A stretch of 64,000 bases of DNA from the NCBI RefSeq assembly GCF_018350175.1, contig NC_058368.1:69008001-69072000 (forward strand). Reading direction: 5' to 3'. The translations under genes and the position numbers were made by a program. Source of the stretch: Felis catus. Lineage: Eukaryota. Within the stretch, counting starts at the first letter, position 1. The number at the start of each line of letters is the position of its first letter. Shown piece by piece: positions 13,576-26,098 of the stretch. Below the pieces are notes generated by a model. It had not been told where the DNA came from, searched no databases, and worked only from the letters and a program-made list of their open reading frames with translations.

Positions 13576-13977
13576 TGTATCAGGTACCATCATTGTTGGT
13601 CCAGGCCACCATACAAAAACCATAGACTGAGTGGTTTCAACAACAGAAATCTATTTTCTCACAGCTCTGGAGGCTGGAAAGTCCAAGACCAAGGTGCCAA
13701 CCAATGTAGTTCCTAGTAAGAGCTCTCCTCCTAAGTTGCAGATAGCCTGTTTCTCACTTTGTCATCACATGGCCTTTCCTCAGCTTGGCTGCATGAGGAG
13801 AGAGACATCTCTCTCTTCCTCTTCTTGTAAGGCCACTCATTCCATCATGACGGTCCCACTCTTACGTTCTAATGTAGCTTTAGTTGCCTCCTTAAGTCCT
13901 CTTCTCTAAACACCCTCACAAGGGGGCTTAGAGCTTCAACATAGGAATTTCAGGGAGAATATATTTAGTCCATAACA
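13576..13977 (-). mobile_element. MLT1A-like MaLR solo LTR
   Basis: AACAACAGAAATCTATTTTCTCACAGCTCTGGAGGCTGG..AGTCCATAACA; TG..CA ends. Confidence 0.85.
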
Positions 13978-14002
13978 GGGATAGGACTTCTTTTGTTACT
14001 GT

Positions 14003-14026
14003 CATATATATGTACATATGTATATA

Positions 14027-14061
<35 letters not shown>
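14003..14061. repeat. (TA)/(CA)n microsatellite
   Basis: Directly visible. Confidence 0.95.
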
Positions 14062-14062
<1 letters not shown>

Positions 14063-14199
14063 GAAAACAGAGAAGACTGTTTTCAGTAGAAGAGTAAGTC
14101 TAGGAAAATTTAGTAACATATACAGTAAGCAGAATCCAATTTAAATATTTGGAATTTTCACATGTAGGATCAAAACAAATATGATACTGTGTCTCCATT

Positions 14200-15100
14200 T
14201 CCTTCAAACTCCTGTAAGTGATCTTTACTGTTTTCTAATTCCTATGCTATGAATAACAAGTCTGGATGATAGTCTAATTCTCTTGATGCAACAGCAGCCT
14301 TCTTTTTCTTTTTGGATTTCAGAAGATTCAGTTGGATAGATATAATATTTCATTATTAGAAATACTTCCTGGTGTTAATCGAACCCCTTTCAATCTGAAA
14401 AAGCAAGATTTTGTTTAGCACAGGGAGGTTTATCTATTGTTATTTAATCTGTATTTATCTTTTATATATTCCTCTTCCCTTTCCCTATAACTCAGATTAT
14501 CTGCATCTTCTGTGTCTTTTGTCTTTTCACCCTTGTCACCTATGCTTTCCATTTCTTTGTATTTTTGATCTGTATTGCTGACTGTTCCTGTACTCCATAT
14601 TTTAGGTGAGGTGATCAATTTGATTGTGATGATATTCACCTCCTAACTTTCAATGTGGACATTGGTGGGGAGCTTTTTAAAAAGTTTCCAGGGGCACCTG
14701 GGTGGCTCAGTTGGTTAAGTGTCTGACTTTAGCTCAGGTCATGATCTCAAGTCTGTGAGCTCGAGCCCTGCATCAGGCTCTGTGCTGACAGCTCAGCATG
14801 GAGCCTGCTTCAGATTCTGTGTCTCCCTCTCTCTCTGCCCCTCCCCTACTCATGCTCTGTCTCTCTCTGTCTCAAAAATAAATAAAAAATATTTTAAAAA
14901 TTAAATTTAATTAATTAATTAATTAAATAAAAAGTTTCCAGAAATCTTTTACATTCTCTTCTCTCCTTACGACTTCTCATAACATTTTTGTTAACTCTCT
15001 GGTCTGTTTTTCCATTAATTCTGCCTCAATAGGATCTGCGTCATCGAGTTGTTCAAGCTGTTATGTCCGTGGAGATGATTTGTCCTTTTCTTTTCCTACT
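14200..15100 (-). mobile_element. HAL1/L1M-like ORF1 region, degraded, interrupted by a SINE
   Basis: T-rich plus strand; CCTTTCAATCTGAAA..AGCACAGGGA phrase typical of antisense HAL1/L1M. Confidence 0.45.
14691..14927 (+). mobile_element. Can-SINE
   Basis: Full length; TSD TAAAAAGTTTCCA; (TTAA)n in tail. Confidence 0.96.
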
Positions 15101-16450
15101 CAAGTCAGTGAGTGTGGGTTTCTTCAGCAAAAAAGATGCAAAGCCAGCTGCTGGGTATCTGGGGTGGTGGAAAACTGACAGGCAGTGGAAGGTGTGCATG
15201 CTTTTTACACCTTGAGTAGGTCACTAGTGAGTAAGTGCACAGGGCTGGGACCTGAGGGCTGAGAGGTAAAACCCTCCTAGTCTGAAGACACCCCCCAGGC
15301 ACAGAGGGAAGGGTAGGCTTCACTCTGGTCTTTCTTCCCCCGTCCACCTCCACCAGATCTGCTGGTGTGGTCCCCTTTGGAAAGATACCCTCTGCCCAGC
15401 CAACTGGTACAGGAAGATCCCCAAGGCTAAGTATATCCAAAGCTATGAAGACTCTGTAGAACTTAGGATCATTTATAACCTTTCCGTGACCCCCAAAGAC
15501 CGGAAGCAAATTTTGTTTATAAGGAGTTGAGAGACAAAATGGCAGGTTGAAGGTGTTCATCTTTCCCTCCCAAGAACCTACTACAATTAAAGGGGAAAAC
15601 TGCAGAAATCTAGCCAGCAAAAGCAAAGAATAGGACAGGTAACATCAAGGGGGTAAAATGGTTTTTGGAAATGCAGATGAAAAATGAAGACTTGGAGACT
15701 GATTTAGCAAAGGAGAGGAGGCTATCCTCATAAAAGTGGCTACTGCAGGGAGGAGAACCCATTCACTCTGCACAAGTGAGGCCTGGAGGAGAGACTGGGC
15801 AGGTGCCGGGGTGGGTTGAAATCTGGGAATCCAGAAACAGCAATCAGGGATGGCTTGGCACCTATTCTCCAGGCACAAGACTCACGTCTGGCCCTCTCCT
15901 GAAGGCCGGTCTAGAGAAAATAGTTTGTAAACCCAATAAGAGAGTGAAATTTATAGAGGAACTTCCTATTGGTTCAGGAGATTAAGCATTAAAATAGGCT
16001 TTCAAATCCACAGGCCTGGATTCAGAATTTTATTCCCGTGTTCTTTGTGCCTTCCTGTTGGAAAACAGATGGTTGGACTAGGTTCCTGCTTTCATTCAAC
16101 AAACAAATGTGGAAGGCACTAGATGCTAGACATGCTACTTCATGTCAATCATACCTCTAGGATTTTCTTATTATATAAACATATATATATATCTTATTAT
16201 ATTATTATGTATTTTGTTATATTAAATATTATATATCTTATTATATAAACTATTATATATCAAGACCCATAAAAACCCACAATATTTCCTCATTGCCTTT
16301 CATGACCCCTAAGTGAAGCAGAAATAAAACAAGGAGACTATGCTATCTTAATAGTTTATATCTTCAATATGTCTCTGATAGGGGACTAATAAATGGATTT
16401 AGCAAACTTAAATGATAAATAATAAAACTATTTAATACAAGCATAATTCC

Positions 16451-16683
16451 GGGCGCCTGGGTGGCTCAGTCGGTTGAGCGTCTGACTTCAGCTCAGGTCA
16501 TGATCTCGCCGTCTGTGAGTTTGAGCCCCGCGTCAGGCTCTGTGCTGACAGCTCAGAGCCTGGAGCCTGCTTCAGATTCTGTGTCTCCCTCTCTCTCTGC
16601 CCCTCCCCCACTCATGCGCGCGCGCGCGCTCTCTGTCAAAAATAAATAAAACATTAAAAAAATTTTTAAAAAAATTAAAAAAA
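16451..16683 (+). mobile_element. Can-SINE
   Basis: Full length; perfect 17-bp TSD AATACAAGCATAATTCC. Confidence 0.97.
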
Positions 16684-16934
16684 AATACAAGCATAATTCC
16701 CGAAACCTGCTTGTTAGAGACAGTATCAGAGACAATAATAATGAGCTAACTCCCCATACTCTATTCGGCTCATCAGTAATTTCTCACAAATGTCTGTTCA
16801 AAAACATCAGCACTTATTCCTGCCCCACTAGGGACCTCTAGCCCTCTAGAGTCTGGCTCGCACCACCACCAGACCGAAGAGTTTTCTGGCCAAAGTCATC
16901 GCACCATTAAACTTTCAACAAGAAGTGTTTCTGA

Positions 16935-17027
16935 GCCTCTCTCTCTCTCCCTCTTTCTCTCTCTCTCCCCATCCTTCCCTCCTCTCCCTCCTCCTCTCCC
17001 TCTCTTCCTGTCTCCCTCCCTCTCTCT
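16935..17027. repeat. CT-rich polypyrimidine low-complexity tract
   Basis: Directly visible. Confidence 0.9.
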
Positions 17028-17419
17028 GAAATAATCCACTCTGGCATCTGTGGTGTAGGGACATGCTGACAAGATGCTTCATCTTGAAATTGTCCCCTAG
17101 GCTGGTATCCTTAACACATTCATTCTGTCCCACATTTCCTGTCTCACTTCCACCTCTCCTGCAGCAATCTTGTCCTTGAATCTACTCCTTTTGCCCATCC
17201 CCTCTGTGCTGATCCTTCTTAGTTCCTTGGTCTTCCTAGTCAGTACCTCCATCTACTTCCATAGTTTTGCTCCAATCAGTGTGCTGACTGACAGCATATG
17301 GAGATAGATATATAATGAGGCCACGCTTTTCTGCTGCAACCCACATAGCCAAGAGCTGGAAATCTCCTCCTGGAGCGCCCCCCAGGAGGCTGTGTAGTGA
17401 AGAGATAAAGAGCAGGGAT

Positions 17420-17650
17420 TAGGCCTGTGTTCAAAATGTCACTCTGCTGGGTGCCTGGCTGTGGAACATTAGGCAAATTATTTAACCTCTCTGGGCCTCA
17501 GTTTCCCCATCTGGGAAATTGGAATAATAATAATGTTATTACCTATTCTGATTGGTTGTGAAGTACAATAAATGACTTATATGTGAAGTACTTAGCACAG
17601 TATATGGCACATGGTAAATTCTATGTAAAATGTTAGCTATTGTTATTGTT
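17420..17650 (+). mobile_element. MIR
   Basis: GGCAAATTATTTAACCTCTCTGGGCCTCAGTTTCCCCATCTG..CTTAGCACAGT..TGTTAGCTATTGTTATT. Confidence 0.88.
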
Positions 17651-17981
17651 ATGATCAATTTAGACAAGGGATTTAAAAACACATTTAATTTTTCTTCATT
17701 CTGCTTTACTTAACCATGGTGATGTTGCTCTTCCCTGGTCTTCTAAACCAGAAATGTATAGGCCACCCTCTACTCCTCTCTTTATATTCATTAACAACAG
17801 TTGATTTGACTTCCTACACATTTCTCAGATCAGCCTGCTCCTACCATGCTCTCTGTTCAGGGTTTTATCACTTCGCATCTGGAACATTGCAATAGATTCA
17901 CAACTGGTTATCTTTCTTATTTTCCCTTCTCCCTTTAAAAATCATTCTCTGTCTTGAAACCAAAGTGGTAATAGAAAAATT

Positions 17982-18776
17982 ATGATGATGATGATGATAG
18001 TAAGGATGATGGTGCTGCTGCTGCTGCTGCTGATGATGATGATAATGGTGATGATGGTGATGGTGATGCTGGTGATGGTGATGGTGATGACGGTGATGGT
18101 GATGATGGTGATGGTGATGATGGTGATGATGATGATAATGGTAATGATGGTGATGGTGATGGTGATGGTGATGATGGTGATGATGGTGATGATGGTGATG
18201 GTGATGATGGTGATGATGGTGGTGATGGTGATGATGGTGATGGTGATGGTGATGATGGTGATGATGATAATGATAATGATGATGATGGTGATGGTGATGA
18301 TGGTGATGGTGATGGTGATGATGGTGATGGTGATGATGGTGATGGTGATGATGGTGATGATGATGATAATGGTGATGATGGTGATGGTGATGGTGATGAT
18401 GGTGATGATGGTGATGATGGTGATGGTGGTGATGGTGATGATGGTGATGATGGTGATGATGGTGATGGTGATGATGATGATGGTGATGGTGATGATGGTG
18501 ATGGTGATGATGGTGATGATGATGATAATGGTGATGATGGTGATGGTGATGGTGATGATGGTGATGATGGTGATGGTGGTGATGGTGATGATGGTGATGG
18601 TGATGATGGTGATGATGGTGATGATGGTGATGGTGATGATGGTGATGGTGATGATGGTGATGGTGATGATGGTAATGATGATGATAATGGTGGCGATGGT
18701 GATGATGATGGTGATGGTGATGACAGTGATGGTGATGATGGTGATGGTGATGATGAAGATGATGGTGATGATGATA
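17982..18776. repeat. Complex (GAT/GGT)n trinucleotide array, ~800 bp
   Basis: Directly visible; short (CTG)n near 18014-18031. Confidence 0.98.
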
Positions 18777-18789
18777 CGCAGTATTTTTT

Positions 18790-18965
18790 AGGCATTTTCT
18801 CATTTAATTCTCATAATAAATTGATGAAGCAGATACACTTATTACATTGTTCTATAAAACTGAGAATACAGCATTTGACAGGCTAAGGAATTTGCCCAAA
18901 ACTCCAAGAGGATACCTGACAGTCCCAGGATATCAGTGCCATCTGTTTGATCAGGGCCTGCACTC
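18790..18965 (-). mobile_element. MIR
   Basis: CTCATTTAATTCTCATAATAA..GGCTAAGGAATTTGCCCAA. Confidence 0.7.
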
Positions 18966-19471
18966 CCAGCCACCGCCAGCTGCATTTCCATTGCTTACGG
19001 CCCTTCTCCAGTTCCTTATTTCCTGCAGGTAAAAGTGTCTTTCTGTAAGGCTTACAAGGCCCTTTATCATCCCATCTGGGGAAACTTCCCCAGCCTCCTA
19101 CCCTACACATATCTTAATAATCCACAGTGCATTTTCCTCCTCAGTAATGTCATACTACTGTAGTTCCCTAATACCTCTTGGTGTATCATTCCACTATTCC
19201 TTTGCAAAAGCTCCTTTTCCCCACTTCTTTATTTGATGACCTAGAAAATAACTATTGAGAAAACTTGGCTTCTCTGACCCTCAGTGACAGGTGAACATTC
19301 CCCGCTTCGGGTTACCTATGTCATTAATGCATTGCTTATGTTGTTAATGCTTTCTATTTAGATTGGCTTATAACCTATCTCCCTTAGGAAACTGTGAGCT
19401 CTCTGAAAGCAGGGTTGCATTCCCATCATACTCTTAGCACAGTCTTGACACTCAGAAAAAACGTTTATTGA

Positions 19472-19693
19472 GGGGCACTTGGGTGGCTTACTCAGTTGAG
19501 CATCTAACCTTGACTCGGGTCATGATCTCATGGTTTGTGAGTTCGAGCCCCGCTTCGGGCTCTGTGCTAACAGTTCAGAGCCTGGAGCCTGCTTCAAATT
19601 CTGTGTCTCCTCTTCTCTCTGCCCCTCCCACACTCATGCTCTGTCTCTCTCTGTCTCTCAATAATAAATAAATGTTAAAAAAAAAATTTTAAA
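19472..19693 (+). mobile_element. Can-SINE inserted in an L2 tail
   Basis: Full length; TSD AGAAAAAA(CG/TA)TTTATTGA. Confidence 0.95.
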
Positions 19694-20714
19694 AGAAAAA
19701 ATATTTATTGAACTGAATTGATTTTATTTCAAAACAATTGGCCTGGTGCAGACGTAAACCATGTTTAGATGGTTCCATGACAGACCTTCTCTTTCTAACC
19801 TTGTTATCACTGACAGAGTTCAGAGCCAGAGGAGAATGACACTCATCTTGACCATCTCCATTTTCTACTCTCTAGTTATTATTTCTGTTTAAATAACCCC
19901 TTCTACCTACTGTCCCCTCCCCACCAGCCTCCATCCTGTCTATTTGACCATCTCCATCCTCCTCTCTTCCTGCAGACTATGAGGCTGGAACCCAGAAACA
20001 AGCCAATGAGACATTTAGTCTGCAGAAGGGCCTGTGGGGCCTAGCTGAGTCAGGGCATGCAGGGAAAATAACTAGCTGTTGGATCAGCTGAATCGTTACT
20101 CAGAAGAGACATCCCAATTGAAAAAGGAGAACCAAATCAATAGTCACAAACTTGGGGGACCCGTGTATTTCTCTCCACATCAATATTATGCCTTTATGTC
20201 TCTCAACATTCTAACACTACAAGTGACAAGGGCTATTGTAACTCATAACAAATGACTCAACAAAGAGATATTGGCTTTTTATAATTGGTCTGAGAACACT
20301 GTCACTCTAGTGACAAAAGAAGTCTTTCTGCTTTGTCTATACATTGCATCATAGCCTTTAACATCCATTATTAGCAATCACTATTACATGTTGAGCTAGC
20401 TGAGAAGGAAATGATGAGAGACTAAAATTTAAAAATCCCTAGCCCTTGTACCTGGCCCTTTTAAACTGCCTACCTGGTAGATTGCACTATCTGTACGGGG
20501 CCTTTTGAACATGTCCTTTCTTTTATTTTCTTTTTAAGGCCTGCAAGATCCCAGCTCCTCAAGACCTCCACACTTAGGCCATGTTCTTAGAGAAGGTAAA
20601 TATTGGTGCAGCCAGAACTAGCAATTTTCCAATGCGGTGATGTTTTTAGATGTGTATTCATGCTACAGAAAGGTTTAAAATACAATCTGTAAAATAGTCA
20701 CAAAAATGGGAATT

Positions 20715-20995
20715 CTAATCAGCAATTTTGGAAAACAACTTGAAGATGCATGTTGATGTCTTTAAAATTATCATACCTTGGGGCTGAATAACTCTACTCT
20801 TAGAACTCAAACCTGTGTGAATAGTCTGAAACAACAGAAGTAAGCTTTAGTAACAATGATTGTCATCACAGCATTATTCAGTAATGCAAACAGTAGACAA
20901 CAATAAAACCCCAAATGTCTAAAAGTAAGAGAATGGCTAAGTAAATGATAGTAAAAAATAGCCATGTAAATAATGTACTGTTTTGGAGCCATTAT
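20715..20995 (+). mobile_element. L1ME-like ORF2-end/3' fragment
   Basis: TTTGGAAAACAACTTG..ACAGCATTATTCAGTAATGCAAA..CCCAAATGTC..GAATGGCTAAGTAAAT. Confidence 0.65.
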
Positions 20996-21542
20996 TTCAG
21001 GTCAGTGCGATTTGACAAGGATGTATTGATGGCTTCAGATTTCGGCATCATTCCAACAGCTCATGATCTAGTGGACAGACATGTATAAAAGAATATTTGA
21101 AATAGAGGGCGGTATTGACACAAAAGGGTAGAGAGGAGAACGGCAGTTGGGGGGGTAAGAAGGAGAACCAGGGAACACTTGGTTTGTAACTGCTGGTAGT
21201 ACACTAATGCAGTTATTTTGTTTGATACAGTAAATAGTTTATTAAGGGCAAGTTTGGTGGACATAGGAGAGGCTTCTAATTGGCTCCTGGGAGAATGTGG
21301 AAAAAGAGACCTGATGGATGAGGAGGAGGCAGCAACAGAACTTAGGGAAAAGTGTTGTAGGTGGGAGTTTGGTCCGGGGAAAGGCACAGAAGAAGGAGAG
21401 GGAATGTGGTGTCAGAGGGACAGTAGTCAAAACAGCTGGAGGGCTGAGCATCGGGGTCCCCATCCTGAAGAGGTAGGTCCATGAGACCTGAGGTTTCTTG
21501 AAAAGCATACAGAGCCTTGTAAGGAAGAAGGAGAAGATTATA

Positions 21543-21750
21543 GGGGTGCCTGTGTGGCTCAGTACGTTAAGCATCTGACTCTTGATTTCAGCTCAGGTTC
21601 ATGGGATCAAGCCCCATGCTGGGCTCCTTGCTGACAGTCCAGAGCCTTCCTGGGATTCTCTCTCTCCCTCTCTCTCTCTCTGCCCCTTCCCTGCTTGAAC
21701 TCTTAATCTCTCTCTCAAAATAAATAAATAAACTTAAAAAATAAAAAAAA
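21543..21750 (+). mobile_element. Can-SINE with small internal deletion
   Basis: Head, CT tract and tail present; degenerate TSD AAGGA(G/A)AAGATT. Confidence 0.93.
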
Positions 21751-22006
21751 AAGGAAAAGATTCTAGTATCTGGGAGGCTTGATTAGGGATGGAGAAGTGT
21801 GTGATTTTCCTCCAGCCGAGTCAACAGACATCTTTCTTATTTTTTATCTCCAGAGACTTGTGAAGAAAACTCCACTAATTTCATTCCATCTACCGAAATG
21901 CAGCCCTCCAAGGATTTACTGTAGGGAGATCAGAGTTAGCCAAGAGACCATTCTCCATGTTCCTAGATGTTGAGAGAAAAGTCGTGGATAAAAAAAAACA
22001 GAAATG

Positions 22007-22230
22007 GGGGCGCCTGGGTGGCGCAGTCGGTTAAGCGTCCGACTTCAGCCAGGTCACGATCTCGCGGTCCGTGAGTTGAGCCCCGTGTCAGGCTCTGGGC
22101 TGATGGCTCGGAGCCTGGAGCCTGTTTCCGATTCTGTGTCTCCCTCTCTCTCTGCCCCTCCCCTGTTCATTCTCTGTCTCTCTCTGTCCCAAAAATAAAT
22201 AAAAACGTGGAAAAAAATAAAAAAAAAAAA
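22007..22230 (+). mobile_element. Young felid Can-SINE
   Basis: CpG-rich GGCGCAGTCGGTTAAGCGTCCGACTTCAGCCAGGTCACG; TSD AAAAAAAACAGAAATGG. Confidence 0.97.
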
Positions 22231-22589
22231 AACAGAAATGGCAGAGGAAAGTCCAATCAAAATTTGCTTTTATACATATTGGCAATCCATTGATAAGCCT
22301 TAAATATTGTATAGTGCTTTCTCAGTTAAAAAGGTATTTTTTTAATCTATTAATCCATCTCTTCCTCCCAATAGTTTGCCCCAAATCATAGAGCAGGTGG
22401 GATTATGTTGAGACCGGTCCCAGGTTTTCTGAACTCTGAGTGCTTCTCATTTCCATATATTAGGAGACTTTCAGACCCACCAGAGTGGTGCTGGGGGCAT
22501 CTATGAGAAGAATGTACATCTGACCCAAGGATTATTCTATAGTGAGGGTCTAGGGTTTTCTGTCATTGATGCCCTTGGACCCATTCTAA

Positions 22590-22590
<1 letters not shown>

Positions 22591-22634
<44 letters not shown>
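22591..22634. repeat. (CA)n microsatellite
   Basis: Directly visible. Confidence 0.97.
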
Positions 22635-22636
<2 letters not shown>

Positions 22637-23399
22637 ACACTTTGTTACGTTCATCAACAGTAACAACAACTGAAGGGGAAGTGCTCTGCAGTTGACTTGC
22701 AGACTTAAATGCTTGACTCAATGTCAAGAAGAGACATGAAATTGTTTCCTGCTTTCCCTGGACTAAGCAATTTCTTGACATAAGGAGCAATAGTAAGACA
22801 ATGCACAAGTTACAAAGAGTAACACTCTCTCCCTCTCTCTGTCTCACCCTGCTCCCTCACATGCCCTTGGGCTACTGGGTGAGAAGTGAGGTAGTCCATA
22901 GAATAGTGCCCTTGAGGAGGAAAGAAGTAGGATTCCTTAGTCCTTCCTGTATTCAAGGATCTTCTCTCAATTTTTTTTCTATCAATTAGAAGTGCTACAA
23001 GCAGGCAAATCCCTTTGTGAGGAGGAGATCCCTTAACCATCACTATCTCTTTGAATTTTACCACAAGATACTATTTTTTGTCAAGTCACTGGGGTATCTT
23101 ATACCAACGTGTAGAAATTAAGGCTTCCAAACCAAGATGAGGTCATCGGTTGATTGCTGTCTTCCACGGGGGTCATCGTCATTGTCATCAAATCCTCCGC
23201 CATGATTACTATCAAAGTACAGACTGTGGTGCAACAAGATCTCCATCTTGCGTGAAGACAAATTAAGTGATGTATCTACCTGAACTTCACAAGCATTTCA
23301 TGTTTGGTTCCTGGTGACTACATGAATGAGCCTCAAATATAAGTACTTTGTTCCCATTAAAATCGAACAAACCAATTTTGAAGTGGGCGTAGGTATTAC

Positions 23400-23540
23400 G
23401 GTTAGGCAGACAGAGTCGTGTTCTGTAACTCATTGGTATATGAACTTAGTTAAGTTACTTAACCTCTTAGAGCCTCAGTGTTCTTTTGTGAAATGGGGGA
23501 AATATCTCCTTCACAGAACTTTGGGAGGATTGAGAGATAC
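23400..23540 (+). mobile_element. MIR fragment
   Basis: AAGTTACTTAACCTCTTAGAGCCTCAGT. Confidence 0.75.
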
Positions 23541-24129
23541 TGCAGGTGAAGCGATTATGGATGCTCAGAGAGTTCTCTTCAGTCCCCTTCCCAACCCCTC
23601 CCACCTCCTGGAATCAGACATACTCCATCACCAAATATTACTTAAAAAATTGAAATATTTAGTGAGACAAATAACTTTGCAGGTGCCTGTGTTATTTTTG
23701 TTCTGCTCTGTGAAGACATGACAGGACCGGACAATTTTTTCCCAAAGCCTAATTAGAGTTTTTCCATTACTGTATTTGTGTTTGTTTTCACTTCTTTTGT
23801 TCAACTTATGTTTTCAGGCGACCAAAATGAAACGCTCGCCAGAGTCGTCCTTTGTAGCAGTGATGACACAAATTACATTGTTCTCCAGGGTTTAAAACAC
23901 CCAGCCATTAAATTTAACTATGTGAGCTTGGCAAATCTCTTCAAAAACAAAGCAGCTGTTTCCCTTTTGTTCATTTTTTTAAAGCCTTGCTCAGGCTTAA
24001 AGACGTACACACTCGCATTGTAAATCCAAGGAAATACTGTGAAGTGGACAAATGAATTTACTAGTAGAAAGGCTCACGGCGATGGAAAGAGAATGAGCAT
24101 TGAATCTTATTTTCAAGCAATTCAATATT

Positions 24130-24355
24130 TTCTATTTGTGAAGCAATATAATGCTTACGGTGTGTGAGGCATGATCGCGAGGTGAGTACTAAGTTGTTTC
24201 ATCTTTATAAGGTAGGTACTGTTATTAGTCCCACTTTGCAGATGGGGAGACTGCAACATAGAGCATTTGACAATTTGGCCAAGATCCTATAGTCCCAATA
24301 GGCAGAGCTGGGGCTCTGGTCCCAGGTCGACTGGTGTCATAGTCCATGTTTTAAG
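24130..24355 (-). mobile_element. MIR
   Basis: AGGTAGGTACTGTTATTAGTCCCACTTTGCAGATGGGGAGACTG. Confidence 0.8.
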
Positions 24356-25174
24356 TGGGTTCTTCCACTCCTCATTTACTATCTATTCTCTTTGTTTCAT
24401 ATATTATTTATCACTTATGTAATGGCCTTCCACTGTTCTTGCCCATTGCGTAAAGGCCTTGCTGTTATTACCCTCTGGCGACTACTTCTCTCCTCCAACA
24501 AAGATGGCATCCCTTAACTGGTTGCCACTGTTGGAGCTGCCCACAGACTTGCCTATCCACGGGGTAGGGAACCGGTATGAAACCTGACTCTGTCAGTAAT
24601 TTATAAGAAGTCATGCTCAGACCATGGGCAACGTGATTATGGCTGGGAGAGGCCTGGGAAAGAGACCGCAGACCTAGTCTGTGCCACCCATAATGATCCT
24701 CTTCTCAAGTCTTTGTGCTGGGTCCTTCCTGCCCATGACACTCTCAGCTCCCAGATCTGTTCGGTGTGTACATGAGCATGGGATTACGTCACTATTGCCA
24801 CTGGCCAAAACAGGGCATTCGAGTGAATTAGAGAGAAGCACCCCCCTGGCAGATGGCTGGCGAGAGCGTCTGGGCCAAGAGCTCTCTCACTTTGGGTCAT
24901 GAATAGCTTCAGAGATCACCTGCTGTGGTCCTGGCCCAATCACTAGTTCCTCGATATGCAACAGTTCAAGCCAACAAAACACTGCCTAAGCATCCACTGA
25001 CAACCAGGACCTATGCCAGATGCAGGGCAAACAAAGAGAACTATGGCAGGCTCCTTGGCCCCTATGGTCAATGTCAACATAGCATTATACATCAATGATG
25101 GAATTTATACCTGGTACATCAGAGAGCAGAGAGGAGGGCCACCCATCTCAGTGGGGACTTTTTAAAAGAAGGTA

Positions 25175-25255
25175 TCTGAGCACAGTGCTTGGCATATAGT
25201 AGTTACTCAGTAAATACATATAGAATGAATGAATAAGTGAATAAATGAACAAATG
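25175..25255 (+). mobile_element. L2 3' tail
   Basis: AGCACAGTGCTTGGCATATAGTAGTTACTCAGTAAATA..GAATGAATGAAT. Confidence 0.75.
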
Positions 25256-25494
25256 GCACACATGCATGTTTTAAAAAAAGAGTAGCATTATAAGACCAAA
25301 AAAAAAAAAAAAAAAAAAAAAGGAGAACTGGATCCCAGGCAAAGAGAATAGCATAGGAGAAACCCAGAGATAGGGAACAGCTTTGTGTGTCTGGGAAATT
25401 TCAGTTCAAATCCCAAGGAGGGAAGTAGCAGGAATTGAAGTAAAAGAGTCAGGAGCAAGATCTTATTTTATGATAAGGAATAGGAACCTGCTCC

Positions 25495-25649
25495 AGTGGG
25501 CCACTGCTTGTCAAACTTTAGTACAGATACAAATTACATTGGGATCTGATCAAATTCAGGAAGTCTGGCTGGGACCTGAGAGCTCTGGCTCTAACAAACT
25601 CCTAGGTGCTGCTGCTACTGGTCCCTGGACCACACTTTGAGTAGCAAGG
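25495..25649. mobile_element. MER5-like hAT-Charlie fossil
   Basis: CTAACAAACTCCTAGGTGCTGCTG..GGACCACACTTTGAGTAGCAAGG. Confidence 0.75.
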
Positions 25650-26098
25650 CATTAGGAGGTGATAGAAAGCACTGATGGATTTGGACAAGGAGACAGACCC
25701 CCAGTAGGTAGTCCATAAGTGTCAAGCAAATAAGAATATTAAAGTACATGAGTATATGAACAATGGTTGATTACAACCTACTTTATTTCACAAAGGGAAT
25801 GGAATGAGCATGTATCGAGTACCTTTAATACACTAGTCACTGCACTAGGTACGTGACAAATATTACCTCCTCTAAGAATAGAAATGAAAGTCCTGGCTCA
25901 CACTCTATCTCCTTTGACTAAATGACTAGTATAACTGGACAACAGTTTTGAGTAACTTCTAAGTAGAAATGACCATATTTAAGTGAACCCTCAACCAGAA
26001 ATCTTTAGCATTATGTAAACTGTATATGCTATATATTTCAATAACACAATAGCATTGTCTTTTGAGTCATAAACCCAGATACATTGTACAAGTCAATA

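Larger units (their letters stand above)
17750..19470 (+). mobile_element. L2 remnants (17750-17910 and 18975-19470) split by the trinucleotide array and a MIR
   Basis: CATCTGGAACATTGCAATAG; GGCTTACAAGGCCCT; ACTGTGAGCTCTCTGAAAGCAGGG..CTTAGCACAGT in collinear L2 order. Confidence 0.6.

Noticed and set aside
15105..15626. 173-aa minus-strand ORF
   Set aside because: Non-ATG start, no recognisable domain, no exon-like boundaries
16165..16262. AT-rich stretch with repeated TCTTATTATATAAAC
   Set aside because: Ordinary low-complexity slippage
17898..18803. Poly-His, Ser/Pro and Met/Val ORFs as real genes
   Set aside because: All arise from the trinucleotide repeat, sit within L2/MIR debris, and have no unique coding domain or splice context
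23118..23246. Minus-strand 42-aa ORF MEILLHHSLYFDSNHGGGFDDNDDDPRGRQQSTDDLILVWKP
   Set aside because: Short, no recognised homology and no convincing splice donor; consistent with chance
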